A stretch of DNA of 63,728 nt, the filler included. It is 8 parts of 8 records of this genome, joined end to end, with 100 filler letters (N's around TTAATTAATTAA, not from the genome) between each part and the next. Parts side by side here need not be neighbours in the genome. Positions count along the whole stretch, not along the records: positions 21,597 to 28,948 come from SRR7504441_11630; positions 29,049 to 38,412 come from SRR7504441_11631; positions 38,513 to 50,456 come from SRR7504441_11656; 5 more parts are not named here. The stretch is one strand, 5' to 3'. Each line of letters begins with the position of its first letter. Within the stretch, counting starts at the first letter, position 1. Positions 25,392 through 38,771 of this stretch are shown here, piece by piece. The translations under genes and the position numbers were made by a program. The notes below the pieces were generated by a model that made no database searches, was not told the origin of the DNA, and saw only the letters and a list, made by a program, of their open reading frames with translations.

Positions 25392-26383
25392 CTAACTCGC
25401 CCTTTGCCGAGCTATGGCTTGTATCTTACGAATCTCCGGAGCGGTCCTCTTAATATACTCACTGTCGCACATCTGCATCCGGAACCGAGCCGGCGGGTCG
25501 TTGCCAGTCAAATTCAAGAACGGCGAGCCGCATCCGAGCATGATGAAGCACTGGTCCACATAGGCCGACCAGTCTGTCCGTGTGCGCTTGTGGTCGAGCG
25601 GGTTGACGCCCGGCACGTCAAACCCGTTCCAGTCTCGCCGCGCCACCGTGTAAACCGAAGGGTCCGGATTCAGATTTTCCAACGGCGAGCGCACAATCGG
25701 CCGTTTGCCGGTGTACCCGGGCATCGGGCTAGTGTAGGCCTCGTGGTCGTTGAGCATCCGCTCTTTCATGTTCCGGCGGGCCTGTCGGGGGCCTCGGCCA
25801 GTGGTTGCAAGGCTCAGGGCACCTTTTCGAGCCGGAAGGCGGCCGATCCCTTGTACGCGCTCTGGGAGGTGTTGAACAGCACCTGCTCCACTTTCCTGCC
25901 CCCCGGCTCGGCCCAGGCTCGGCCCGGGCAGCACTTGTGGCTCCAGCTCGGGTCGACTTTGTTTCTTGTGCGGTGCCAATCTGCCGGTAGCTCTATCTTG
26001 GGGGTGGGCGGGGGCTTTGGTGGGTCGCGTGGCCCCGGGGGCGGCGGCTTGTCCACCAGGCCTTGCCAGATGTACTCCTGTTTGGCCCAGCGGTTGAGCG
26101 AATCGTTCCAGTTGGATCCGTTGATCAGAGGGGTCGCCTTGCTCGAGTAGCCGTTCACTTCCCAGCGGGTGCGGCCGCCTTGGCCCGGTTTGAGTACCAG
26201 CGGCTTGGGCCCCGCCGGCACCACGAACCGCCTCCAGCCCTCCTTCCCTTCGTCTCCCATCAACCTCTCTGCGACATCTCGCCTATTTAGGTTGAGTAAC
26301 GGAAGCGGCCTTTGCGGGTGGAATTGCGGGCCGGGATCGCTGTGTGCCGACACCACGTGCATCGACCTGTAGTGGCTTGGCAT
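25392..26383 (-). CDS. Pro-rich hypothetical protein, possible ciliary microtubule inner protein
   Basis: ORFs 25814-26386 and 25392-25979 join by splicing; motifs TSQSAYK and MPGYTGKRP. Confidence 0.55.
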
Positions 26384-26385
26384 CA

Positions 26386-27322
26386 ATGACGGCGCCCAGC
26401 CTCACCTCTCGGATGCTGCTGGTCACACTGGCCTTGGCCCTCAGCCTCATGCGCTCCAGCGCCCAATCGAGCTTCGGGCGGCAAGTCCACTCGATCAAAA
26501 CGGTGCGTGCTGGCCTCCTCGGCAACCCCAAGATGGCTGGCCCGGCCTCACCGGTGGCAGGGGAGTCAGCCGCTCCCGAGCCCGGCCGGGTCATCTGTGT
26601 GGACGCCACTGGGTGGGTCGGGCCGGTTCGAGCTGGTGCTGGTGCTGGTCGGACTGATCACGGCTGCCGGCTGGTGGCTTGGGCTTCTCAGCCCGACCCG
26701 GCAATACAGCAGCCGGCAGTACTGGGACCGGCGGTACGGCTACACCGACCAGCTCTACGAATGGTACAGCGATTACAGCCGAGTGCAGCATATCTGCGCT
26801 AAGTACTTCGCCGGCCCGCACAAGCTTCAGCTCCTGGAGCTGGGGGCTGGCACCTCTGGGCTGTGCGTGGCGCTGCAGGCTGCGTTGCCCCACTGCAAGG
26901 TGATTCCTATCGACTTTTGTCAGGCTGCGGTGGCCAGGCGCCTGCCGGGGCTGGACGGGCGCTAACGAACCGGCAGGATGCAGGCCGAGTACCCTAAGAT
27001 CGGGTGGCGCCAGATGGATGCGCTGCAGCTTGAGTTTGGCCGGAGCAGCATGGACGGGGCCTTGGACAAGGGTACGATCGACGGGATGTTAGAGCACCCA
27101 CCGACCGCCCGCATGGCGGTGGCCCAGCTCGAGAAGGCGCTCCGGCCGGGGGCCCACTGGCTGTCGATCGGGGTGAGCACGCCGAGTGATTTTAAAGCCG
27201 GACTCCAGCTTGACGACGAGAGCCGGTTCGAGCTGCTGCGGGTTGAGAAACTCGTCGTCTGGCAGGCGCGCGAGCCTCACTATATCAACGTCTATTGCAA
27301 GGCGTGCCGTTTGAAGCGCTGA
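26386..27322 (+). CDS. SAM-dependent methyltransferase (EEF1AKMT4/METTL13-like) with signal peptide and TM segment
   Basis: YSSRQYWDRRY, YEWY, LELGAGTSGL, IDF, MDA, DKGTIDGML. N-terminal MLLVTLALALSLMRSSA and hydrophobic LVLVLVGLITAAGWWLGLL. Confidence 0.8.
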
Positions 27323-27652
27323 ATCAGGCTGAATCGACGTACGCTCGTCCAACGGAGTCGCTAACTAAAACCCACGTAAAGTGCCCGCACCGTTGTACTA
27401 GTAGAATATAGATTATTGCGTGATTGGTGGCTAGCCTGGTGTGATTTCTCAGGCAGCCAGGGTCATGATTGTGTCCGAGGGTCCGAGGCAAACACTTGTA
27501 AGATAATTATGATAATCTAACACCTAAGTCCTTTTAGTTCAGGCGGAATCAAACCGCTAAACCACCTATCCGCTAGACAACCTGTGTCAACTTTCCGAGG
27601 ACCAGCCAAATTCTTGAACAATCTAGCCATGATCACGAGCACCCGAGTCGCA

Positions 27653-28725
27653 CTACCGCTCCTCCCTCCGGTAGTCATCGTCCCGTTCCCGATCCCTGCT
27701 CCGGTCCCGGTCGCGTCGGCTGTCGCGGTCGCGCCGGCTGTCCCTGTCGCGCCGGCTGTCCCGATCTCCCCGCGGGCTGCGCTCCCGCTCCCGCCGGCTG
27801 TCGCGGTCCCGTCTATCGTCTCGCCTGTCGGAACCTCGCCTGTCGTCGCGCCGGTCGTCAGCCCGCTCGGTGACGGCAGTAGCCCGGCCCGACCAGGTCT
27901 GGTTCACTTCCTTGCCGCCCTTGCGAGTGCCGCCCAGCCCACCACCTGACCCAGTTCAGCACCATCCAAATCGAGCCGGCCGCACCGAGCCGGCGAGGCA
28001 GCCATCCGTTAACAGTCCGGCCACGCTCCACGTCGACCAGCACGCGCTTCCCGTCGATCTTCTTGCCGTCCGCTTGTTTGAACGCGGCTGGCCCATCCAT
28101 CAGCCACCCCGCGCCAGAGAGAGGCGCACTGCGCATGTCGCGCTCGCGCTCGAACTCGATGAACGCGGTACCGCGCGGCTTGCCGGCGGTGTCCTTGATC
28201 ATCACCAGGCTCTTGATCGGGCCGTACTGTTCGAACTCGCGCTTTAGCCGAGCCTCTGTCGTCTCATAATTCTGTCGCGGCAGTTAGCCGGGGCCCAATC
28301 GGCGGCCGCACGATTCGGCCGACGAACAGGGTTTTGTACGCGTCCTCGGTGGCGCTCGAATTCTCCTTGGGGTTCCCTGCGCGCCTGGGGCTCAGCCCGG
28401 GCCTGCCCGGGCCCGCACAAGCTTCCTTGACGTCAGAGAGCTCGACCGCGTGCTTTATCCCTCGCTCCTTCTGCTTGCGTTCCTTCCGCTGCTCCTTGGT
28501 CTCGGGCTGACCGGCCCGGTCGGCCCACCCGACAGGCCGGGGCACCGCGGGCGGGGGCGGCGGTTGGTCGTCTTTGGCCTCGAATTCGTCGACCAGTCCG
28601 GCCATCCCATCGTACCGCCGGCACTTTGATTTGCTCGGGGGCGGCAGGAACTCGAGCGGGGGGCGGGCCTGGAACAGCGCGAGGATCGGCGGCGGCAGCG
28701 CGTCGACCACGGCCTTAGATCCCAT
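27653..28725 (-). CDS. SNRNP70: U1 snRNP 70 kDa protein
   Basis: [83 protein letters not shown] tail. Confidence 0.95.
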
Positions 28726-28828
28726 GTTGTTCTCTCTGGCTTAGTGGTGCTTCCGCTGCCTGGATGCTCTCCGCGCCCGAGCCTGACCAACGGAAAACTG
28801 GCCAGGGAGCTGATACCCCAGACAAGCC

Positions 28829-28948
28829 ATGAGGCGGTCCGGGCTCTGGGCCGGGGGCGGGCTTCTGGTCGCGCTGGCTGTGGTCACCGCGTGGAGCCTG
28901 CTCAGCCTGCTCACCGTCCCCAGCACGCTGCCCAGCACGCTGCCCAGC
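28829..28948 (+). CDS. 5' fragment of a probable type II membrane or secreted protein
   Basis: MRRSGLWAGGGLLVALAVVTAWSLLSLL followed by PSTL repeats, cut by the contig end. Confidence 0.4.
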
Positions 28949-29048
28949 NNNNNNNNNNNNNNNNNNNNNNNNNNNNNNNNNNNNNNNNNNNNTTAATTAA
29001 TTAANNNNNNNNNNNNNNNNNNNNNNNNNNNNNNNNNNNNNNNNNNNN
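28949..29048. other. Artificial contig spacer
   Basis: N run with TTAATTAATTAA. Confidence 0.98.
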
Positions 29049-31182
29049 GTCCTCCTCCTCGTCCTCGTCCTCCTCCTCATCCTCGTCCTCCTCCTCATAT
29101 GCTGCCTGATCCTCCTCATCCTCATCCTCATCCTCGGCGTCGTCTTCGTCACCCAGATGTTTAGCACTGACAAACTTGTTGGCTGTTTGCTGATAAATCA
29201 CTGAGAGCGAGTTGAATTCTTCAAATATCTGGTCGCGAACCTCGGTCTCGGTGTCCTCCGTAAAGGTCTCAATCACATCCCTGGCTTCACCGAGAATCAC
29301 ATTCTGCGCTTCCTCGACGTCGTACTCCAGAAGTCTGTAGTAGAGCAACGCCTTGTCGTGCACGTCCACGTTGGACGGGTCGGCCGTGGCCTTGGCCAAA
29401 AGCGAGCCAAGCATCCGCTGACACTCGGGTGGTCGCCTGAAGAACATCTTCATTGTCGCTGTCATCAGTTCTGCTCGTACCACTTGCGTGAGCTCCGACC
29501 ACTGCTTGATTACTGACTCCAGAAGGTACGGCCCTTCGTCCAGCTGATAACCAACCTCACCAAGCATCCACAGCACGGCCACCCTTGCTTCCGGCTCCTC
29601 GATTGTGGCCAGGCACGCTGGAATCACCTCGATGATCTGATCGGCCAGGGTGTCCGGGTACTTGCGCATTAGATCTTTGACTGCGATCACGATCTCGGCT
29701 GTGATGTACTCTATGTCCACCTCGAGAAGCTTGAGCATCTCCTGGATCACCCGAGTGGCCGACTTCTCAAGCCGCCACGCAATATGCCCAATTGCTTGGA
29801 TCGCCCGCCGGGCCACCTCAATATCTACATCCGTCACATACTCCTTCAGCTCGCCTACAATAGCTGCCACTGTGTTGTCACTGGCAATCAACTTGAGCAC
29901 ATCCAGCTTGGCATTTTTCACATATAAAGGATCGTTGTATCTGCAGTAAAACTTTTTGAATTCCTCGTCGAATACGCCCTCGCAGCGTTCGGCAATCACA
30001 ACGATGTGGCTTAGCACCGTGAAGGCCATCTCCGGTCCACCTCCGGTCATCAGTGTCAGCATTGGGTCCTTCACACGGAGGAACGCGTGCTGATGCACTT
30101 TGGGCATGTTGATGGTAAAGTTGAGGAAGACCTTGGCGGTGGCCAGCACCACAGCAGCGTTGGTGCTCTTGAGCCGCTCGTCAAGCAGACTCATGATCTC
30201 ATACACCTCCTTCTCTGACTCGGTTTCGTATCGCGCGACCAGGTCGAGGATCGTGCACTGCGACCACTCGTTGAATTCCTTGATCCGGTTGAGCAGGTTG
30301 TAGATCAGGTTCTTGTTGATTGAAATCCCGCCCTGACTGGCGTAAATCTGTCCACGCGCCATCAGCACTGGCGGGATTGAGGGGGCACCTCATCCAACGC
30401 CACGATGCAGTTCGCCACCACCTGCGAACACAGCTGTGACGAGCGACAGGCGAAGCACGCACCTGTGGATCTCTGTCTCTGAGCATCCGCTCCAGTTGAG
30501 GCAGCATCGGCTGGGCTGCTTTGGGATCCAGGTGGTACAATTTGAGCACCCCCAGCGCAGCGGACCGCCGGACGTATGGGCTGGCCTGCACAGCGCTGTT
30601 ATGGCGGCGACGGAGGCTGGGCAGTCACATCCTCGAGGCATCGGGTGACAGGATGCACAATGTACTCTGCCAGGTTAGCCACTCTGCACCGCGGGTCAGC
30701 AGCCACGACAGGCGGCAGCGCACCGCAGGGAGCTAAGGTGCTTCAGCGCCAGCCCGCGCACCTGGCAGCAGGCGAGGGATCAGTGGCGCACAGGCCGGCT
30801 GCGGCGCACCATCGGGTCGATCTGGTCGCAGGCCTCTTTCTGGAGCGTGTTGACAGTCATCATCGCCAGGTCGGCCCGATTCTCGGCGTAGTAGACGATG
30901 AAGTTGTATATCATCTTCTTCTGGAGAATATCGTTGGTGTGAGTCGCCTGCCCAACCAGCCCACCGCTCACCGCCGAGCCCGCCGACTCTAGGGCGCACC
31001 AGCATCATTTCGGGGAACAGTCTCGACACGTCGATCCCGAGGGTCTGGTACGCTATCACCCGCTTCAGCACGTCCCGCTTGCGCTGCTGGTCGCGCTGGA
31101 CGTCCGGGTTCTGGAGCAGCGCCCGCAGCTCATTGACCTCACCCTTCTTGTGGTCGACAAAGTACGACGGAGGCGCCGCCAT
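29049..31182 (-). CDS. AP4B1: Adaptor complex beta subunit, most like AP-4 beta (3' truncated)
   Basis: YFVDHKKGEVNELR, VIAYQTLGIDVSRLF, EFNEWSQC, FYCRYNDPLYVK, DVHDKALLYYRLL, EEFNSLSVIY. Confidence 0.85.
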
Positions 31183-31473
31183 GCTGTAGTGGTGCGGCTG
31201 GCGGCTGGAGTGTTCCGGGTGGTGCGAGCCGAACTGTTTGTGCGGTTGGCTTGGCCTCAGTGCCTGAGTGGGTTGAACTGGTTATGGAGCGAGCGGTTAT
31301 GGAGCGAAGCGAACCCTGGAGCCGGAATCGTTGGCTTGTGATCGCCATGCGAAAGGTGCGCGTGGAGCGTCTGGGTATTTGCGTATGAGCTTTGTTACAG
31401 TAGCACTTTAATACAAATAATATAACGCATGCGGCGTGTACTGTACGTAGTTTTGCCGTACCGACTTTAAAGT

Positions 31474-32272
31474 TTAAACTACGGCATGAGACCTTCTTGT
31501 GCGGAGCGAATCCTTGAGGCGAACCCACGGGTCCCGCGGTTCTCTGCATAGCCCGGCTGCACCCAGGGGGCTCATCGGCCGCCAGGTGGGCCATGCCGTA
31601 CTGACCTGGGGTGGGTCGATTCTAGGCACAGCCGGGGCCGGGACTGGGGCAGCCTGTGGCCTCGGAGCTGATCTCGGCAGTGGCTGTGACATTGGCTGGG
31701 AGATGGGCCTGCCGGACGGGCCACTCATGGGGCCCGTCGCACTAGCAGCACCGGTAGTGCTCAGCCTTGGTTGGGTAACCGTAGGCCGTGTACCCGTCCA
31801 GCGTTTGCTCCGAATGAAACACAACCCGGTGGGTGCTGCCACCGCGCTCAGCCCGGCCGCAGCTAGGCCAGGCCCACCTGCCAGTCCGCGGGGCATTCCG
31901 CAGCGCCTCGAGCTCGCGTTCCAGCGCCTCGCACTGCAGCCGGTGAGCCGCGGCCGGGCAGCCAGCCGACCCGCCGCATGTAGAAGTCACGCTCCTGCTC
32001 GGCCCCGAGCTGAGCGTTGTCCCGGCGGCCCTCCCAGGTGCCCAGCTGGGCGCGCAGGTCGGCGTTCTCGGTCTCGAACTCCTTGCAGCGCATCTGCCCC
32101 GAACGTGTCGGTCGCGCCCCGGGGGAACGGCACCCGCAGCCGCTGGATCACCGTCTGAATGTCGATGAGCTGGCCAGAGGTGCTGCAGCAGCCACTCAGC
32201 CGCCGCCCGCCCCCGTGCGCACCATTCGGCCTCCTCTTGCATAGCCTGCACACGGGCACGAGGGATCGCCAT
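31474..32272 (-). CDS. Coiled-coil plus Pro-rich hypothetical protein
   Basis: Open frame after five or six ~40-nt introns; contains QERDFYMRRCEALERELEAL. Confidence 0.55.
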
Positions 32273-32549
32273 CAACGAAACGGCTTCAGCTCGTGATCAT
32301 GAACTGAACTCGGGCGGTCCGAGTCACTGCACTGCCTCATAGATCACTGACTGCGTCACTGCAAGGCTCAGCATGCTCAAGCTAATTGCCTTCGGCGCTT
32401 TGGCTAATCGGTCAAGAAACCTACGGCTGTACGTCACGGTGTATCAAAACCCCGCGCGGCTTAGCCGCGGCTGTAAACGCTGTAAAATGAATAAAACGCC
32501 ATGAATGACTGAATGAGGACAGATGGGTACCGTATGTAGGTTTATATGA

Positions 32550-35053
32550 TCAGGTACCTATCTGACCGAGCGGGCCTGCTGCAATTTTATGTCCGGCATA
32601 TATTTTTCGAAGCATCGAGGCCTGCTCAGAGCAATCTTTGGCTGCATCAGGCTTCTTGGCAAACTTAAGCTTGTTAGCAACCATGTCGTACCACTTGGCC
32701 ATTAGGTATCGTCGGCTTTGAATGTTGGTGCCAATATGGCTCTTATTGACCTTGTTGAGTAGCTTGAAAGCCCTCTCCGGTTTGTTGAGCCTTAGCATTG
32801 CCTGCACACGAATCAAAGCTGCTAGTCGGCCAAGACACCTTGACGGGCCACTGCACTGTGTATCCATTGAATTCAAAGCCGTTCGCAGTCATCCGAGAGG
32901 TCAGCTCGACCACTTCCTTGGGCGATCCCTCCCGCGATGCAGCTGTCCACCCCGGGCAATCGGAGCGAGAATCAGCTGAGGTGATACCTTGGCACATGAG
33001 GTCGTACGCCGCGTTAAGTGGCATGCCAGTGGCGCCGGAATGTTCGAGGATTTCGAGCAGTTTGAAGCCCTCGCGCCACTCACCGTTGCTGATGGCCGCC
33101 TTGGAGCACACAGTCATCAAGACGTGACGGGCCCAGTGCAAGCACCTGAATCAAGTTGATGTATGTCTGAGGCGAAGGTTCCAAGCCATGAGCTTTGAGC
33201 ATGCTTGAAATCGAGAATGCCAGCTCCAACTGCCAAGCCGTCAGTGTGCCTATTCTCGAGACGCGCCTCTTTGGCGCGGGCGCAATTGTGGATCAGCTTG
33301 TTGAAAGTGGTCAGGTTGGGCTTGACGCCTTGGCTCTCCATCTCCTCGACCAGCTCCAGCACCCAAGTCAGGTGGTACCGCCCAAACTGTGTGGCGCTGA
33401 TCAGGGTGTTGTACGTCTTCAGGTTGGGCTGCACGGAAAGCTTCTCGAGCTGCTTAAACAGCTTGCTCGCAGCGTCAGCCATGCCGCCCTTGCCAAAAGC
33501 TGAAATCATCGCTGTTGCCGTGATGACATTGTGCTGCAGACCCTCGTCCGACATGAGCTGACTGACCTGCCTCCCAGAGCTTAGCTGTCGCCCCGCGCGC
33601 ACCCACCTTCTGGAGCCGTAATTTGAGGTTTTCTTGCTGCTCGCTCCTCCCCAGCTTGGCGGCCAGTTCTAGGTGCTTGGTGGCTCCTCGATCCGGCCTG
33701 CAGCCAACCCTGAGCCCGCTCCCGGCTCGGGCTGGGCACCTGCATGCTGCAATCAGCGAGGTGATCACTGTGTGGTTGAGGCTGCACTCGTGCTCCTTCA
33801 TCTGCTCGACCAGGTTGAAAGCCAGGTCCGGGTCCGACATAGCGGCTGCGCCCTGAGCCAGGACTCAACATAACCCACTGCGTGAGCTGACCTTCATCAG
33901 CAGTCCAATCGTGTATGCATCGGGCTTGCAATCGTGCTGCGCCATCACTTTAAGAGCGCTCCTCCAGTGATCGGCCACAGCAGCGGGCCTCTCGGTAAGC
34001 CAGGCCGTGATCAGCAGGTTGATCGTCTCAGTGACGATTGGTACGCCTGCACTCGCCAGCTGGCCCGAGGCACAGGCAGCCAAAGCACCAGTCTCCTGCA
34101 TAGCACCCACCAGCATGCGGATGTGCTCACTCGAGCTGTTGCGCATCAGCGAGTGGAAAGTAACCTGGTCGGCGTCCACCCCGGCCTGCTGCATCATACC
34201 CAGCAGCTGCCCAGGGCTGAGTTGCTCGCACTGGCTTGTTTCACCTTCTGAGTAAGGTCCGGTCGATCCACTGCCGCCAGCAGCACGTTGAAAGAGATCT
34301 GAGCGTGGTGCGGGCACTCATCCAGCAGATCCTTGTCCCGCATGGTCTCGAGGGTGGCCATCGCCCGCTCGAGTTGGCCAGAGTGCACCCAGGCCACCAC
34401 CAGCCCTGAGTAGCCCACTGGCCCCGGCTCTACCCCACAGCCACAAAGCTCATCCCAGATCTGCCCCACCTGGGCCGCGTCGCCTGTCACCACCTGCCCG
34501 CCCGTCTCAGTCTGCTGACCCGCCCAGCCGCTACCTTGAGCAGCGCGCACAGCGTGTACTCGGTCGGCGCGAGCCCCGCAGCTCGCATCTTTTGCCACAC
34601 CCGCAGCGCGCTGGCGCGTTTGCCGGCCGCAGCGTAGGCGTTGAGGATTGCGTTATGCAGCGGCACTGGGTTACTGAACCGAGCGCGCTCGGCCTCGTCG
34701 AAAAGTTGCTCGGCCTGCTGCAGCTCGCCTGCCCGCCCGAGGATCCGAATCATAGTGACGTAGCTCATGGCGTCTTTGGGCACGGCTCGCTGCTCCATCT
34801 GCCCGATTATGGCCCGGGCGCCGGTGAAGTCGTCCTGCTGCGAGCAGGTGTGCAGCAGCCGATTGTACCGGGCGGTGGCCCGGGCGCCGTACTGCTCGAC
34901 CAACGCGCTCAGCTCGGTGGGGATATCCAGCTTAGCCTGCGAGCGCTGCGGCCGCCGGCCAATCCTGTGCGCGGGGCGGCTGCTGGCTGCGCGGAACACC
35001 AGCCGCCCCACGTACGCGTGGGCACCCGCAGCCGACCGCCAGGCTCCCCACAT
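32550..35053 (-). CDS. Pentatricopeptide-repeat protein, probably mitochondrial
   Basis: Repeated 35-aa PPR units (YNRLLHTC, YVTMIRILGRAG, PNLKTYNTLI, PNLTTFNKLI); R/A/S-rich N-terminus. Confidence 0.88.
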
Positions 35054-35247
35054 TCTCGCGCCGTCGCACGCCGCTTGTTTCCGTTTCTACTTTATCGAGG
35101 GATCCCTTGGTATTTCTAGTACCTGAGGCTCTGCTTTCATGCACAAATACAAGGTGCAAATCCTTTCCCCCATAGCTAGAGTCGCAAGGTCCATCGCGGT
35201 GCTCAAGGGTATCGGGGCAAGCGCACTACAGATGCCAGCGCGCAACG

Positions 35248-35572
35248 ATGTCTTCATTTCGTCATTTGTTGATCAATTGGTCGCGCTCACTGCCCTGGGA
35301 AGCAGCCAGCCTCTTACAAGAGCAGAAGAAGATACTAGAACACGAAGCTCTTGAGGCCGAAGCGGCCATGATTGTAGCTGCCCAGGATCAGCGTGATGCC
35401 AATAAGGCTGTCTACAAGGTCACAGCTGTCCAAGCTGAGCACACCGTCCATTAGTTTTGTCTTGCAGGCGGAACAAGAAGCACGAGAAGCTGAAGAAGCC
35501 ATAGAGAGGGCAATTGACGAGGTGAAAGACGAACTAGAATCGCATGCAAGTAGTAAGCCATCGACCCGATAA
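35248..35572 (+). CDS. Small E/A-rich coiled-coil protein
   Basis: Two exons joined by GT-AG intron 35419-35467; start codon uncertain. Confidence 0.4.
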
Positions 35573-35835
35573 ATCAAGTAAAACGATTCGCATCAAACAC
35601 ACTTTACTACACTCACAATGAGTAGAGCACCTAAATGCACTGATTATTACACTCATGCGACCAAGCAGAGTAGCATCGCAAAATGCATCGACACAGTTGG
35701 AGAGATGTGGTCTGCCTAGATGCATTCAATGAACTTCCCTGGCTGGTCGCTGCGCGATTGGAGACAGGTACAGGCTGTTTCGTTCAGCCTCTCCGTGTGC
35801 TTGCGAACGCGTTTTGAATTTTGGAAACGTGATAT

Positions 35836-36828
<993 letters not shown>

Positions 36829-37145
36829 TCAGTCTCTCTCACTGGGTCCGTTACTCCAACGGACTGACATGGCTGAACTGCTCATTTGAGCCTTAATGCG
36901 CTCAGTGCGGAGGTAAGCTTGAGGAAGCGATTGCCATGGCGAGTGCAGCACTTGGGTTGTCGATGGGTCGCCTGTAGGTCGGCTAGACTGAGGGAAACAA
37001 GAGATATTAAAACTGAACTTGATTTTTACATGGTGCGCTTCTAGCGCACAAATTAACATGATGGACTATCCAACTTGTCCATCCACACGATGAGCTTTAG
37101 TAAGATGGCATGCAGAGCGGCTGGTTGCGACAGCAACTGCGCTGT

Positions 37146-37982
37146 TCAATTCTGGGCGCTGGCTGCGGCAGGATTTAATCCGACATCGATTTCTGCGGTG
37201 ACAGCGCCTCCCTCCATGTCCGAGTCCCGTTGTGCCCGCTGTTCAGCCCGAGCTTGCTCGGCCTCACGTATTGCCTGGCAGCATGTCTCAGCTGGTGTGC
37301 ACACATGAGGCGCACCTCGGCCTCCTCCTGTTCTTCGCGCTCACGTATTTGCATTTCAGCCCTATGCGCGTCAATCACCCACTGGTAGCTGCCAAGATTG
37401 CGTCAGTGCCGCTGGGATCAGAAGGCCAGCAGTCACCGGGGTGCGTCCACCCCGAGCGCGTACGAGACCTTCTCCCCGACCCAGTGCATGCCTGCGGACC
37501 GCACTCGGGGGCCGCAGCCACACGCGCTCACCCCAGTAGGTTTTGTTATAGCCCGTCTGCGCCCAGTTCGGCATCCGGTCGACTCCAGAGGTCCATTTTC
37601 GGTGAAGCCAGTGCGTGAAATGGTCCCACCGCTCGTCCAGCTGCCAGGTCACGGGCTGAGCCCCGCCGGCCATCCAGCTTATCTAAACTGTCTGCAGAGG
37701 CGCCAGGCAGGCTATCAGGCTGGCGGGTACTACCTTGGACTGGTAGCGCTGCGGCTGGCCTTGCGGGTTGACCCCCAGGTACCGCCCGAACCCGCAGGCC
37801 GGGGGCAGCTCGCCGCGCTCCCGGGCGTACTTGACCTGCCACATGTACGCCAGCACATTCTCGATCTCGGCGCTCCGGTTGTCCGGGTCCGGCGGGAGCG
37901 GGTACTGATCCATCGAGGCTGGGAAATCGTGCTCCGGCTCGCCGGACGGCCCGCCGGAGGCCTCCCCCGCACTGGCGTCCAT
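37146..37982 (-). CDS. Hypothetical protein, multi-exon
   Basis: Frames at 37683, 37371 and 37175 join through short introns; ends in an E/R-rich helix. Confidence 0.5.
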
Positions 37983-38020
37983 GATGATTCCCAATTTGAG
38001 CGCCAAAATCAGCTGCGACG

Positions 38021-38412
38021 ATGGCCACGTCGCAGGAGGCTCGGTTCATGAAGCGGATGCGCTCGATGGCCCAGAAGATGCAGGAGGCGGCCCACGCTGA
38101 GGCTGCCACGCTGCACGACCGAGAGGAGCGCTGGTGCGTCTCTGGGGCGCTAGAGTGCCTGCAGCAGGGCGACTCCGAGAAAGCGGTGAGCCGCCCGGTG
38201 GAGTGGCGGTGGAGGCCGCCCGGCAGGTACAGCTGCTGTCGCGCAGGCTGGCGCACCTGGACCGTCGCGAGGCCCAGCGGCAGGAGCCGGCTGAGGAGCC
38301 CTCCGATGAGAAGCAGCTCAAGCGGCAACAGGCCCGGGACCAACTGTCCCGCGAGATCGCCGCCCAGCCCCCAGACCCGGTGCCCCTAACCCCCCCCCCC
38401 CCCCCCCCCCCC
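38021..38412 (+). CDS. 5' fragment of a coiled-coil protein
   Basis: MATSQEARFMKRMRSMAQKMQE, with introns, truncated at a poly-C contig end. Confidence 0.45.
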
Positions 38413-38512
38413 NNNNNNNNNNNNNNNNNNNNNNNNNNNNNNNNNNNNNNNNNNNNTTAATTAATTAANNNNNNNNNNNNNNNNNNNNNNNNNNNNNNNN
38501 NNNNNNNNNNNN
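38413..38512. other. Artificial contig spacer
   Basis: N run with TTAATTAATTAA. Confidence 0.98.
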
Positions 38513-38771
38513 TCGGTCCGGCCACCGAACGGTAGGACTGCTACTCTCACGTGCACGGGAGAATGAATGAGACAACTTAGAGAGAACTCGAAGCCCGCTG
38601 TAAGCACCGCCGAAGGGAAGCCTTTAGTACTAATACATATACATGTACATTGAATAAATCATTTTTTACTAGTAACATTGAATCTAATCGTTAAAACTAC
38701 TTCTCAGTTGTTGACGCCGGCTTGCACGTTGGTCCTTGGAAAGACCTGTGGCTCGCAATCTAGAAAATCGT

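Noticed and set aside
25062-26150. 362-aa plus-strand ORF overlapping the minus-strand gene
   Set aside because: Intron 25190-25227 ends the RRM gene at 25240; the rest is an antisense shadow frame
27700-27860. Short repeats resembling an array
   Set aside because: They encode the RD/RS tail of U1-70K; not CRISPR
28507-28545. Hairpin in U1-70K intron 1 as an introner or non-spliceosomal intron
   Set aside because: GT-AG ends, no similar copy seen elsewhere, and hairpins are expected at this GC content
607-28725. CBP80, coilin-like, RRM and U1-70K genes as an RNA-processing cluster
   Set aside because: They lie on three or four different contigs, so linkage is unknown
31975-32010. ERDFY motif suggesting EB1
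   Set aside because: No calponin-homology domain, and the following residues do not match KLRxIE
38390-38412. Poly-C/poly-G and CCT runs at contig ends (also 1-15, 21468-21496, 50557-50569)
   Set aside because: Low-complexity assembly break points with unreliable lengths
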